A stretch of DNA of 64,000 bases from positions 25,826,150 through 25,890,149 of the forward strand of contig NC_134026.1 of assembly GCF_964204645.1 (NCBI RefSeq). The letters run 5' to 3'. The translations under genes and the position numbers were made by a program. The notes under the pieces were generated by a model. That model did no database searches. It was not told the origin of the DNA and worked only from the letters and a program-made list of their open reading frames with translations. Shown in pieces: positions 39,501 through 52,600 of this stretch. The stretch's first letter is position 1; the number at the start of each line of letters is the position of its first letter. Source of the stretch: Tubulanus polymorphus. Lineage: Eukaryota > Animalia > Nemertea.

Positions 39501-39770
39501 CTCAAATGATAATCAAAACGAATTGAAAACTGAACGCACATCGGACACATCAGTACTTTTTTTGAGATTACATTATAGTTTACTTACCAAAGCTAACATG
39601 TTAGCAGCGCTGGGCTGTCCATGCGTTTTTCCAACAGCAATCCTAGCTCGAAGCAGATTTTGAATGTCGAGAAGTCTTTGCTTTTCTTCATTCGTTAAAC
39701 CTCTAGTCAGTTTCTGGCCTCTAATAACTTCTATTGCAAAGAGCAGTAAAACTACGAGCACGACTTTCAT
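36504..39770 (-). CDS. Secreted CAP/SCP (CRISP/venom-allergen-like) protein with EGF-like and three ShKT domains, ~11 exons
   Basis: Signal MKVVLVVLLLFAIEVIRG. CAP motifs: QPSAANMLAL, EWDDRL...AQDWADSC, VGQNY, SWYGEV, CGHYTQVAWAESHLVGCG, LYCNYA, PYLKGKPCSKC. EGF: CKNGGVLDEENCKCKCPDEWEGALC. ShKT exons at ~37737-37607 (C...CRKTCGFC), ~36888-36768 (C...CAGSCNMC) and ~36649-36504 (C...CARSCDTC). Confidence 0.88.
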
Positions 39771-39828
39771 CGTTACTGAATTGGTCGACATTCGAGGAAA
39801 AAATGATAAAAGAACCACGAACAACTCG

Positions 39829-39842
39829 GTTATATTTATACG
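39829..39842 (-). promoter_or_regulatory. TATA box of the CAP-ShKT gene
   Basis: Minus-strand GTATAAATATA ~70 nt upstream of the ATG. Confidence 0.4.
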
Positions 39843-40562
39843 GAACGTCGTCCAGGTCATTTGATGTCCGAGAGAGAATAAAAGAGGTCACAGAGTTAGC
39901 AATTATGGCAATTATGTTCTTTTTATCGGCCCCTGATTAGTGATAACATCATTCTTTGTGAGTCTTTTATTCAGCAGAATTATGGCCATAAATGATAATT
40001 CCCATTTAGATGGACTTCAACTCATCTCTGGTGACATATAAACATAATTTCCAAAAACGCTTATGGGACATCGATAACACTAACTAACCGTTCAGAAAGA
40101 TAACGAAACATACATTATATGCACTGGAAAATTGTATATATAAGGAATAAATAAGTACACGTCATTTATTTACACGTGATATTGGCAAAACAAAATAAAT
40201 GTTTATAACTATGCAACTAAGTAAAAATGTAAATAACATGCAATAAAATTGGTAATAGATGACAACCTTTCGTTGTAAATGTGTATCATAAAACAATCTG
40301 TACATGTATATATAACGAGTTTGACATGCGTTCATCTAGTTCATTTCCAAATCAAATTCATCGACAGTGTAGTAGCTAAGCTAAATGTCGAATATTTCAA
40401 ATTCAGCTTAAGGTCGATTGTATGAAATACCCACCGAGTAATAAGGGCCATTAATAAAAAAATACCGGTATTGGATTCAAAATATCCGAAATCTTAAACG
40501 AATTCTATCTGTAAATTCACTTTGCCAAAAAAATCAAAGCGAAATTGATAATTTCTTCAGCT

Positions 40563-42036
40563 ATGCCGATCAAAATCCCCGATTGTGGTACAGCGAGACG
40601 ATATATTGAAATCCTTCTACTCATAGCGTTTAATGTGTCGTACGTAAGTACCCCGTCACATCATCCATTTCATTCGACGATCAAAACACTTTTATTTCTT
40701 TACTGAATTTCTTTTTTTTTTAGTCGGCAGTGTTGTACAATCTAGGGGTAATTGTGTACGATATTCAGGCCCAAAACAACAGGACAATTAACGAATCGAC
40801 ATACCTGTATATCTCACAAGGACTCGGCTGCCTGTTGGCCGATATTTTCATCTTACTGGGGTTGTTGATCGTCAAAGCAAATCACTTATTAATATTTTCG
40901 ATGATACCACCGGGAATTTTCTGGATGATTGTCGGATTTAGTGATAATTTCATACTAACAAATGTTTGTGTTTTCTTGGCAGCGTTTTTCGCGGAAGCAT
41001 CGCACACGGGTATGTAGAAAATCACTTAATTCTAATATTAATTATAACAATATTAGCGTAATATTTCCTTCTGAACATATTTCTTTTTGTAGTTGCTTTG
41101 GTTTATTGTTCAGAGATTTGGGGTAAAATGAGTTCGATCATCTTTAATATAGTTTTGACTGGAGTTTCGATTGGCAATGTCTTATCGCCTCTGCTATACA
41201 CGCCATTTCTATCGGAAAGTGCCGTTAAATACAGTCAGTTGACGAAGTCTAAAAGAATAGGTTGTTACGAATACAGTGAGCATGGGCAGCATGATGAGCA
41301 CACGGGCAATGGATCGTTCATCGTACCGGAAATTAAGATATACATACCAATATGCATTAACTCTGCAATGTTCATCGCGGCTGCCATTTTGTTTTGCGTT
41401 TGTCATATTGGAAATCAGCAAAGGTTACCGTACGAGGAGTTGGATGAACATTCGAAACATAGCACGGTATCGGATAAAATTGGAATATGTTTAGGATTTG
41501 TATTAACAGTTTGTATTGGTGGTATAGTAACTGTAATCGGTAATCTAACGACTCAGTTCGTGGTGGAATGTTACGACCGTACTACAACTGTCGATGCTGC
41601 AAACCTGCTAAGTTTTTATCAGTCCATGGTACTGATTGACAGAATTATCATCGCAATATTTTTGTCATATACAGGAACCGCCAAACCTTTCTATGTACAT
41701 TTACTAATAGGACTAACGGGTGCGTTATTGCTTACTTTTACTGTTGGAAACATGACGGCTCTATGGGTATCTTTCATAAGTATGGGTATTGCCATGGGAA
41801 CTTTGTACCCATTGTCGGTGGGTTGGTTGAAAGAACGATTTTCACCAAGTCAGATACAATTTACAGTAATCCTACTCGGCACTAGCACCGGACAGGCACT
41901 TTTTGCTACGTCGGCTTCTTCGATCATCAACCACACGACCGTCTTCAATTATAGCACAATTCTTACATCACTATTCGTAGGATGTCTCATAGCGGTCATT
42001 CCTACAGAGTGTATACGATTGTTTCTAACGAAATAA
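40563..42036 (+). CDS. Major facilitator superfamily transporter, MFSD4/sodium-dependent glucose transporter-like (~436 aa). Exons 40563-40643, 40724-41009, 41093-42036
   Basis: Phase-consistent GT-AG splicing (1311 nt). About 12 hydrophobic segments. MFSD4-like segments IWGK...GVSIGNVLSPLLYTPFLS and LWVSFISMGIAMGTLYP. Confidence 0.75.
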
Positions 42037-42617
42037 AGCCTTATACGTACAACTCGGAAGACAATGAATAGTTTACATTCTAATTTCAAATATATTATGA
42101 CTATGTTGTCCAAAAATACTAGAAAATATACATTTCATTGAAAGAATTCGTTGTTAATTACTTTTGATAAGGTGGATGTTTACTTCAACAATTTCACTTT
42201 CTATTATATATTACACGCTATCATCTTGAATCGAATCGCTTTTCCATGTTTGATCATATATCTGTGATTACCTAAAAGTTGACAAAAGCAAGATATAACA
42301 TATCGCACTAAAGCTTTCCTGTATAGCCCAAAAATATCCTCCACATTGTCATGTGCATAACTAGTGCATAACTAATCTACATCTTAATGTGCAACAATTC
42401 AATTCATACCACCAATTAAAGAGCAGTTCCCGATCGAACAGCGACCGAAATATCAGGTGAAATTGATAGTGTTTGCTATATATTCGTGCAAATAATTAGT
42501 AATGTTGAATTTAATAAGCATCGCCGACCATAATAAGGTAAAACAAAGCCATTGCAAAAGCAATTCGCTGAACATCAAATACTAAATGGTAAACGTGATT
42601 GTCCGTCTAAAGCTGGT

Positions 42618-43676
42618 CTACTGAATTCCAATAAAATGAGTTATAGGAGGAGCGTGAACCATTAATTCGTTGTATCGTTTGACGAATATTGAGAGTCTGT
42701 TGATGTAACTATCCTGCTGGTACGGCAAACCATTCTTTCGACAGAATTCCGAAACGAGTGGCTTAACTTTTAAGCAAAGACTGTCCGAAAGATTTGGGAA
42801 AAGGTGATGCTCGACGTGACAATCGACAAGCGATGGCCCTAAACATACATTCAGTAATGGGTTTGTATATACATTCAAACATCCTGTAGCCATTTGATAA
42901 AGTCGCTTAGGACGATGTGCCTTGTCATACATTGGAAGTCCTATGTGTTGGAAAATGTTCATATGAATGTACGGTATCATGAAGATAGAACGACTGGCAA
43001 AAAGAATGACGAAGGCTCCCAGCCAACTGTATCCAGAGAAATACACGTACAACCAGGCGTTTATCACAATTCCTGCCGACGCGCTGGGGATGAATTTCAA
43101 AAGTGAGAACCACATTCTTTCCTGGATGAGCATCGATATTGAAAACAGTGGCGTCGCTACAGGCAAAAACAATGGTGCCACGAACATGTACAAATAACAT
43201 GGCAGAATAGGAATCTTCCAGGCGCTCGAGTCCCCTAAACCAATGATGTTCGTGTGTGGATGATGGATTTTCACGTGCATGACGTAGACCAAGTCATCGG
43301 AAAATGCACCGCACAATTCAGTGGAGATCCAAAGCCATAATTTACCCCAGGTTCGGGAATCACAGAGGCTGTAGTGCGTGGCGAGGTGTCCCATACGTTG
43401 CGTTATTATTATTGAGATTAGTCCCATCAAAACCATACCCGAAAACAGAGAGAGAGGATTCGTGCTAGATACTAGATAGAAACCCATAGGTAACACCAGG
43501 AAACAGCAAAGCAACGTGATCCACTCCATTCCATATTTTTCAAACCAAGTTGCTTGAGCGACTATTTCTGAGACTTGACGGTTGATTTTAGAAAAACTGG
43601 GTAAGTCTTTGAGATTGACTCGTACCTCCATGGGCTCGCGGGATGAGCATTCTGAATTGCGTTTAGTTTGTTCCAT
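42618..43676 (-). CDS. FADS6: Fatty acid desaturase 6-like (no cytochrome b5 domain), single coding exon
   Basis: His boxes HLATH, HVKIHHPHTNIIGLGDSS, HMNIFQHIGLPM and CHVEHHLFPNLSD, with C-terminal ELMVHAPPI. The likely start MEQTKR follows a ttttAG acceptor at ~43679. Confidence 0.92.
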   Translation of the reverse strand: MEQTKRNSECSSREPMEVRVNLKDLPSFSKINRQVSEIVAQATWFEKYGMEWITLLCCFLVLPMGFYLVSSTNPLSLFSGMVLMGLISIIITQRMGHLATHYSLCDSRTWGKLWLWISTELCGAFSDDLVYVMHVKIHHPHTNIIGLGDSSAWKIPILPCYLYMFVAPLFLPVATPLFSISMLIQERMWFSLLKFIPSASAGIVINAWLYVYFSGYSWLGAFVILFASRSIFMIPYIHMNIFQHIGLPMYDKAHRPKRLYQMATGCLNVYTNPLLNVCLGPSLVDCHVEHHLFPNLSDSLCLKVKPLVSEFCRKNGLPYQQDSYINRLSIFVKRYNELMVHAPPITHFIGIQ

Positions 43677-46600
43677 TTCTAAAAAGATATGAAATATGCA
43701 TATGTAAAGTAACATAGAAAGTAGAGCATTAACGTTAAATATCTTGCCAGCGAGAAAAATATATAATGTCATTGGACATCTTTTGGTAACATATTCCGAT
43801 AATCAGAATGTCATGCTATGCACCAGTTCATTGTTCAACTGTTGAACGTTGAACATTTAAGATTACATTATGAACTAAAACTTCAAGGCAGGATCTTCAT
43901 ATTATTAGTTAGAAATGATCAATGAGATGATTTTCATACAACTGGAGATGTATTTTAGGGGCAATAAAGCCAAATCCATCCAGGGCAGCTGTTGTACGTA
44001 TGCATATATACATAATGCTATAAAATACGTAATTCGTCAATATTTACATGATAGATGCTATGATATCACATGCCTTGACAAGGCTGTGAGGACTTCTATT
44101 TTCTCGTCAACGTCTCACACTTTTTCTGCAATTTACCTACCTTGATGTTCTACGTCATTTACCTGCTTATTTGTCTCTTGGTCTACCCTCAAGAGAGTTG
44201 TCCTGGTAGGATATTTGAATGAAAAATTTGTTCGTATCTGCGTCGAAATCTGCTTGTATTGTAAACATACACTGCACAGTGCAGGCAGTACTGTGACGAG
44301 TTCTGCAGTGTATATTGGAATAATAATTCAATGCCTTGCCTACAGCAATTTCTAATCGACCAAACCGTTATATCTGTTATAACCGTCAGATGGCTTATTG
44401 GTAGGGAAAATCTGTGACGCAACGGTATTTACGTCGTTGTAAAACGTTGTGACAGCTGCATGACTCACTAGAATGTGACAACCAATTTTTTCCGCAAAAT
44501 CACCCCGTCATTGATTCAAGAACAAAACAACCGATGAATGATCAGCAGAAACTATTTCGTCTAGCCATCTAATACGCCAGTACCATACCCATGAATAAAT
44601 ACCACGATTGTTCCCATTCCAGTCTTACTCCTACTCCTGTAGATTTACGCCAAAACAAACAGTCAGAGAAATAGCAAACGGTACCGCAACAAAATTATCT
44701 CATTGTGCAGTAATTTTACTCCACGTAAACCCAGTCAATGGAAATTACACCACACTATTTCTTTTGAGCGATTTTTTGGTATTTGCGCAGGATGATATCA
44801 AAAGACCAACAAGACACCAAAAGACAGATATACATTTCAATACCGGTATGGAGATATTGTTATGGTTACCTCTCTTAAGGGTTATATGGATACGTTTAAT
44901 TCGGTGATAGAAAAATGGATAAATCTACGGATCGTTAATGACTCGAATAACCAACCGTTGATCGATGAATAAAAGATTCAAGTCTAAATTTAGAGGAATG
45001 TATTTATTTTGGTTCCAGTTTACGCAATATCGATCTTATTTTCGGTTTATCTCACCCTGAAGTATACTTAGAATCGAAATATATATAGCTTAAAACTGAT
45101 GGAACCGTCCTATTTTGGACCTGTATCTTGTAATTGATGAATAATACACTTGCCCTTGTTTCAGATGTAATTAGCAGTATGAATAATATATCTCCCGCCA
45201 CACGCAATGGGACTTAGCAAACCGAAAATCAGGCTTATAGGTTTGGAAATGAGACATTTTATGTTTGTGTAGGGCTAAATATATATTTTCGCATGAAAAA
45301 TGAATCGTTATCAAATATGAATCTATCAATTACAATCGAATTTTGTTTTTCTCGTACAAAGAACATTATCATGGTGTTACGAAAGCTACCGCACTGTAGA
45401 AATTAATAGCCACTTAACTGTCGTCTGCATAATACTGCGACATAGCACCAGTAAAAAGTTCATCCTCAATCAATCAACCCATAAACCGTATCCACGGTAG
45501 CGAGGAGAATGGTTTTATGACGACTTCTTACACTTGTCCCCGACCACAGACGCTATTGATATTCTGCGATAAATTTTCTATAGTCTCTGAGGTGATAGGA
45601 ATTTCATATTTTCATATTTCACATAGCTTTATAAGATGCGCGTGATGGTCTATCATATCATCAGCTACACATGGCCTATTTCTTGGCCTACCCTCCAGAC
45701 AGTCATCCGGGTATTCAACTCATGATTTTGTTCCTTTTATCGCATGGAAAACTTATGGTGAAGAAATGAAGTTATCATCCTCTCATCACAACATTTTATC
45801 GCGTTATCTAGATAATCACCGCAGATGCTTGGAATTCATCTGAATTGAATCTTATTTAATTAGTAAGTATTTCAGGAGACTAAAACTATTTCGGATTAAA
45901 CTAATTCCCAGGTACTGACGTCATGCATCGTTCAGTTTACTATCCACAGCATTGAATTACAAGACGACTGGGATACCAAGAGCGCCGATCGTGCATAATA
46001 CGCCTCGATACCGGACCTTCATCAATATTTCAGAATTAGATTGATTGAATAAGAAAGGATTGGTCAACTATTCACTGAAATTAGTATTGAATGAGCAATA
46101 TATTGATGAATTACGGATATAAATTGATGTATGTTCGCGTGATAGAGAGGAATATCATTCGTGTCGGAACCAATCTCCTTTTTGATTCCATTTATACATC
46201 ACAGACGGGTATTCCCGAATAAAGCAAACAGCAACGATTCAGCGATTTGTATATCGCCTAGGTCTCCACCCACATTCTATTTCTGTTTGAATTTAAAATA
46301 AACAACCTTTTGAAATTGGCGAAGATGTTTAATGGAAATAAATGTGAAAATTAAGGGTGTTAAGATCAAAATGAAAATAAATGTCACAAGAGGACTATTA
46401 TAGTATAGTGTACTTCTATCGCACATGCTAAAAAGCTGATACTTAACGTATATTCTCATGAAAATACTCGGCAATAGTTTTGACGGCCAGTCAGACACTC
46501 TGGAACGTTGTTAGCGGGTATGCATTTTTGACGATAATGATTTTAAGTATTCATGGTGAGTTTTATTATCCAAAAGTAGTCGTTCTTACGGGTACCGCAG

Positions 46601-49600
46601 AGCCATTTCACCTGACAAAGCACTATCACCCGCCGCGGGCAAAAAGAGATGTCGTGCAGGAATTTCATTTAACAATTCAAACCAATTAAACAATATTTCA
46701 ACAGAAAATTATTAGCAAAACACTTTCTATTTCAACGGTGAATATGGGATCCTGAAATGAACGCCTCGACGTCAAGGTTGCCACAGTTACACAGACACAC
46801 AGTCGTTATTCTAATACTGAAACCACGGACGATTTTATACTGAATATCATAACAGTAAATGTTATTTTGTTTGTAACGGTTCCATTCGATCGAGTTCCCG
46901 TGTCGAAATGCACGTAACCCATTCGATGCAAAAACGTGTAGACACAGAAAAACTAATTTAACGAGGTACTCCATAGTCCTTGAACCAACTCCAACAGATT
47001 CGGGCACATGGGAGTGTTCACGCCCATGTCTGGTGGCTTAAATGTCATTTATTGTACACGAATTTTAGAAATCCTTAACCCATTTAATGCGTACAATTTT
47101 CGAATCAGGAAAAAGACGTTATATAATAAGAATTTTCATATTAGGCCAAGGCAACACATTTTTATCAAATTTTGATGCTGTCATTCAAATGTAATTCACA
47201 AAATACAATATAAGCTGGATGGGGCACCTTAACCCAAAATTTTTCGATGTTATGTGGTTTGAAAGCGGTGATTAGTTATGAAACCAGTGACGTATACTAT
47301 CCAATCAGATCACATCGCTTAGATTCATTGATGAAATATACTACTCGCTACTCACATCCAGCATGTTATTCACTGGCGGTTATCCACTAGGATTCTAACT
47401 GAAAACATAGTCATTTGGTTGATCCGTGTAATCTTGATATTACACCGATTTCAACTGACAAAGTAAAGGTAAGTTGGAAATGGGAATGTTTTCTTTATAA
47501 AACATAGGGCCTATTCTATTTCTGAAATTGATCCTATCATCAGATTTCGAAGTTCGATTTCTTTTTCTAATGAATGGTCACGATATCTCGAGCACGAAGA
47601 ATGAAAAAAGGTTATGCTTGAATTAACAGATTAGTTTTATATATTATTTCTACACCAAAACAATCTATAAGGTGAACAAATAACTGAAAAGTAAGATCGA
47701 ATTATTTCCCAATTCCCCAGTAGGAATACATTTGCTTCAATGTCTAATTTGTAATGGAATAGGTTAATCAATGAATAGTTCAATAGGTCATATTGGACAT
47801 ATTTCATATTACCGGTTGCCGTGTTCCTGAGCAACATTCTTTATGTAAAAAAGCAATCCAATACTCGTATAAATGAACGAATGCGATTTCTGGAAATGTT
47901 TCGGAATAGAGAATAAAACATCTGAAAATTAGTTCAAATTCGCTTTTACTTCTAGAAATAATCAATGGTAACATTAACAAAAGGTATCCAGGGAGGGGAC
48001 CTCTCGGCAATTAATGAATCATCGGAATTATCTATCATTATCTGATGACAATATTTAAATCATTACCAAGTCTGGTATCAACATTCAGGTATGAACGGTT
48101 TCGTGCATTGCAGACTGATTCGTGTGCTGTTTCAACCTCCCTATAGATTTCTCTGTAGATGCGGCACAATGCATGTCTCAATTACTCTGTCTCCGGCCAT
48201 ACAATATTTATCAATATCATAATCGAAACCAAAGATGGCTTATCCGTAAAGTACCGCGACTAGCATATTATACACTGGCCATATACATGCGTCCTAGTAT
48301 AAACGTTCTTATGATCGAACCTAGGTTCATGTGTGCATAAAAAATTAAATTCCCAGGAAAGTAAAATGTTTGAAAACCCGCTCAATCCAGCACCTTATAT
48401 CGATTCGATTCTGTGAGGTTTATTGTCGGTCTAATTGAGAAGTCATGTCGATCTAACAAAAACGTGTGTCAATGAAAAAGCACCTGGAATCAATCAAGAA
48501 TCAATTGCTCAGGAAACCGATAGCAAAACGTATTTTATTCATACGTTACACAGTCACCAACGGTTTACTTAAGTTACCAGCATCATGACCATGGGTAAAG
48601 AATTATCATTTCTTTCATTAAACTGCGATTTATTTACATGTTAGTTCCACAAAAGAAAAGCAGTAATTCAAACCTCATAGTGAGGTACTTTCATTAAACT
48701 ACGATTTATTAGTTTAAAACAGTAATTCAAACCTCATTCGATGGTGAGGTAACTCAAAACCGAATTATTAGAAGTTATCAAATCAAAGTCTCGCACTGAA
48801 ACTTGCTTTATTCGAGGCGTTCAAAAACCTCTAGCTACATTTGTTGCGTTCAGTTCATCCTTACCGCATATCATTCGGATTGTCTTCATACCTGCAGTGA
48901 TAACTACAGAAAATAAACTGATGGTGAGAAGGAACTACACATATTTCGATATTGGCATAATAAAATAAATATCACATTTGACGTCATCAGCCAATCAGAC
49001 GAAAATAGATGTATAGGATGATAACGGGGCAGAGGTTGCATTTAACGTGGTCTGATAGTCAATTTATTAATAAACATTATCGTACATACCGTCAATTCGT
49101 ATTAGAAGTAATAAGTTCTCGCCAGTCTACAAAAACCTGGAGTTTAAAATCTGACTTCTTCAACCATTGTCTGGCACCATTCATTATATATACATATGTT
49201 TATTAATACGATGTATACATAACTTCTACATATACAGAGTAATAAGAAATAAACACAACTTTTTATGGTCGTTGTTTTATTTATTTATTTACATATTTAG
49301 ATATTAGTTTTATTTGGTGATATTAGTTTTATTTGGTAGCGCATATGCATGTATATCAGTATAGCATTCGAAACTGATATCGATTTGAAAGGATTTAAGA
49401 AAATAATATCCAGAATTAACACAATCAGAATATGAATAAGAATAATAATGATAAATATACACAATTAATAATGAAAATGAACCCATCGTAAGATGATTGA
49501 TTTTCAGCATGAACATTCACTGAAACGGTTAAGTAGGGTTGTGCTATGTTTGTTGTATTTTTATTCTATTTTCTATGTTGGTTTTTGAACTTAATAAACT

Positions 49601-52600
49601 TACGAAAATATTATCATGCAACACTGGAAACTTTATTTTCCATCCGCTTGAGAATAGCTTGCATCGTCGAGGGTCTAATAACTCTAATCATATCTAATGC
49701 AGTAATTAGATTTTGCTAAGAATGCTAGTTCATTGTTCGATTCGACGCCAACTATGTGGGATTGATCCTGGGTCCACGGACCGTCGGGGTACTCGCTACA
49801 TAATTATGCGTGAAAACCTAATATCTGATATCTCGGAAGCTGTAACTATTGTCACTGGCGTGGATTTCATGTCGGGAACTATTGACGATATATGGTTATG
49901 AGCTAACGTATTTATGATTTTGGGTCACGACTGAAGAAGTGATTTAATCAAGCTGTTTGTCAACGTAGTCCCCTGGATCGCCGGCGCTGTTGAAACATGG
50001 AGGTCTCCCAATAAGCGGACAGCAATTGATAGCAGACTAGCATGTACTTATAGAGCATAATTTTTAACATATCAATTAATGTTCGTTCTCGTTAAGCGGT
50101 ATAATGATTTGTTTCAGGAGGTCTTGCAGGAATGGCTTCACGAGTTGCGAATAAGACAAACTGATGCAGATCTGGTTTCCGTTTAATTGACCGTTTGGAT
50201 TTCATATCAGGTTATACGGTAAACTGATACCGACGGTTCATTTCTCATGCAATTCGTTGTTTGGCATTCTATGCGTGTGTGTCCCGCTGACGCGCGTTGA
50301 CAATCTCAACATGTTAAAAAAAGTTACCCCGTTCCTTTATTACCATTCCGTTTAGCCGTTTCTTGGCGACATTGACTGTTGACGCGAAAGTATAGAAGTG
50401 ACACGAGGGTTGTTGAAACATGGACGGAGACTAATTTATCACACTATAGTGTGCATTTATAGCCCCTGCTGCGTCTAAACTTGTGCGTCTAAACTTGTAA
50501 CTTTTGCTGGGCGTGGTATGGATGATGAATCATACTTAATAATTACGTTGATTAAGTTTTCGATTGTATGAAGAAAGTGTCTTCTTGAAAGTATAAGCAA
50601 TCTATCATATTCACATGTAACCACAAACCTGACACGGACCCTTGTCAAACAAGACTTACCTGATAATCTTCCTCGAACGATGGTTTTAGTTTACATTAGA
50701 GAATACTTTTGTTCATTACGTTTCATTTTACATCAACTATCAAATGGCAAGACATCGGAGTTTTTAAAAAAGTATTAAATTATTTCCAAATGATATCCTT
50801 CAAATGATATCCTTTTATGTTTTTTTTTTCTCAAGTTCCGTCACCTGAAATCGGACTCTTTCAGTAGAACATTCTTTCATGTGATAGCAAACAAATTTCA
50901 TTTTGTAATGGGCCAATAAGCCCTGTGAAGGCATGAGCTGCAACTTTTACTTGTACTGCGAAAAAACCATGAACTTTATCATTTTTAAACTATCATTTAT
51001 AATTGTTCGAAATAAAACGGGGGATTGACATCATTGGCTTCAACCGATTAAGGAAAAATGAGGGAAGGGACAGTTTTACCAAAAATACCAATACTAAAAA
51101 TTTCCCAAAACGTCCGCGTCAGATATAAACATGTGAGATACTACGTCTTTGTACAGATTATGATCGAACGCCAAAAACTAAGTTGAGTATCTATATATCT
51201 ACAAGAAGGCGCACTCAAAACGTTGTTGTACAGGTGTTCTCAAACTATGAAAGTAGTTCTAAGTGTCTGCGCAAATGTTTTCACTTGGTTTCGATGTCAT
51301 CTCTCATCGATTTCAAGTTGTGTACAGAACGATTTGTCGCTGAGGCTTCCGGAAACCCTTGATGTGTATGTACGTTCACAAACAAAAATAACGAGTCAAA
51401 CATCGTCAATCCTCTATACTGGGTATGACGGAAGAAGCTTTTTTCGCAATGTCAAGGACACGGAAATTTGATGAATCGATTTAGAATGTAATTTTCAGAT
51501 TTTACCTATCTCAATTTACATTCTAAAATCAATTAAATCTCAAAAGTTTTTATTCAAGTTTATTTATTTTGTCTTTCACCCTGAATTCTTCTGGAATGTG
51601 CCGCATTTATTGCACTAATTGTGCGACAAATCAAAGGTTGATGGCGGGTTTCTTCGTTTATTTTGTATTCGCTTTGATTGGTGGGCAGAAATTCTTAGCT
51701 TTATCAAATAGAGTCTGCTCCGCCCACATTTTATTATCGAAAAACTGGTTGTAGATATTTCAAAACTGCACGCCCTGCACGCTTCTAAACTTTGTCTTAA
51801 AAGGCTGGCCCCATTCGAAAAAAGTCAATGAACACAGAAGGACTAAAATCACTACATGTTACTCCAATGTTGACTCTCCGCCAATTCGGGTAAGGTAGGG
51901 TTCATCATCGTCAGAGTGAAGCCCTCAGATCTAATGTTCATTGTAGATTTTCCTAACCCATATCTTTCTTAAAAAACTAATATTCTTAGAGCCTCATAAA
52001 TCGTGTAATCAATTGCGTAATCTTAATCGAGATCACAATCTAATCAATCTGACCAGATGATAGTTTAAAGTTTATGTTAATACTTTCTATTAGATACTAT
52101 ACAACTATACAATTCCCATGCGTCCATATGTAATTTTCATTATGAATTTTTTTATAACTAATCACGAATTGCACTAAAAACCGCGGATTATTTGTATGTT
52201 GTAGCATAGGGCTCTTTCTGATAAAAATATCTTTAGAAACCAGTCACAAATTGTCGATGAAAGCCCGTGAATACAGGTACACGTACACAGCGGGCCATTT
52301 CACGACAGGATCGGGTGATTAGAAAATAAGTTTTGTAACCAGACACTTTTTGACTTAGTCTCGTTTTACAAATGCACAGCTGAAATATTCTGTACGCGAC
52401 TTTATTATGACTAAAACCGTTGAAAAGATTTCTGTCGAAGTACGTAGACAAGGCAATTGTTCAACATCGCCTTTAGACCTTTACTGAATCAATTTCAAGA
52501 GCGAAATTCAATTTTGAGTAAGAACAAAGGAGCTAGAACGAATCAGTGCTTTAAAACAAACGTGTTTTTAGTACAGAATTCCTCGAATTGCTCAGACATC

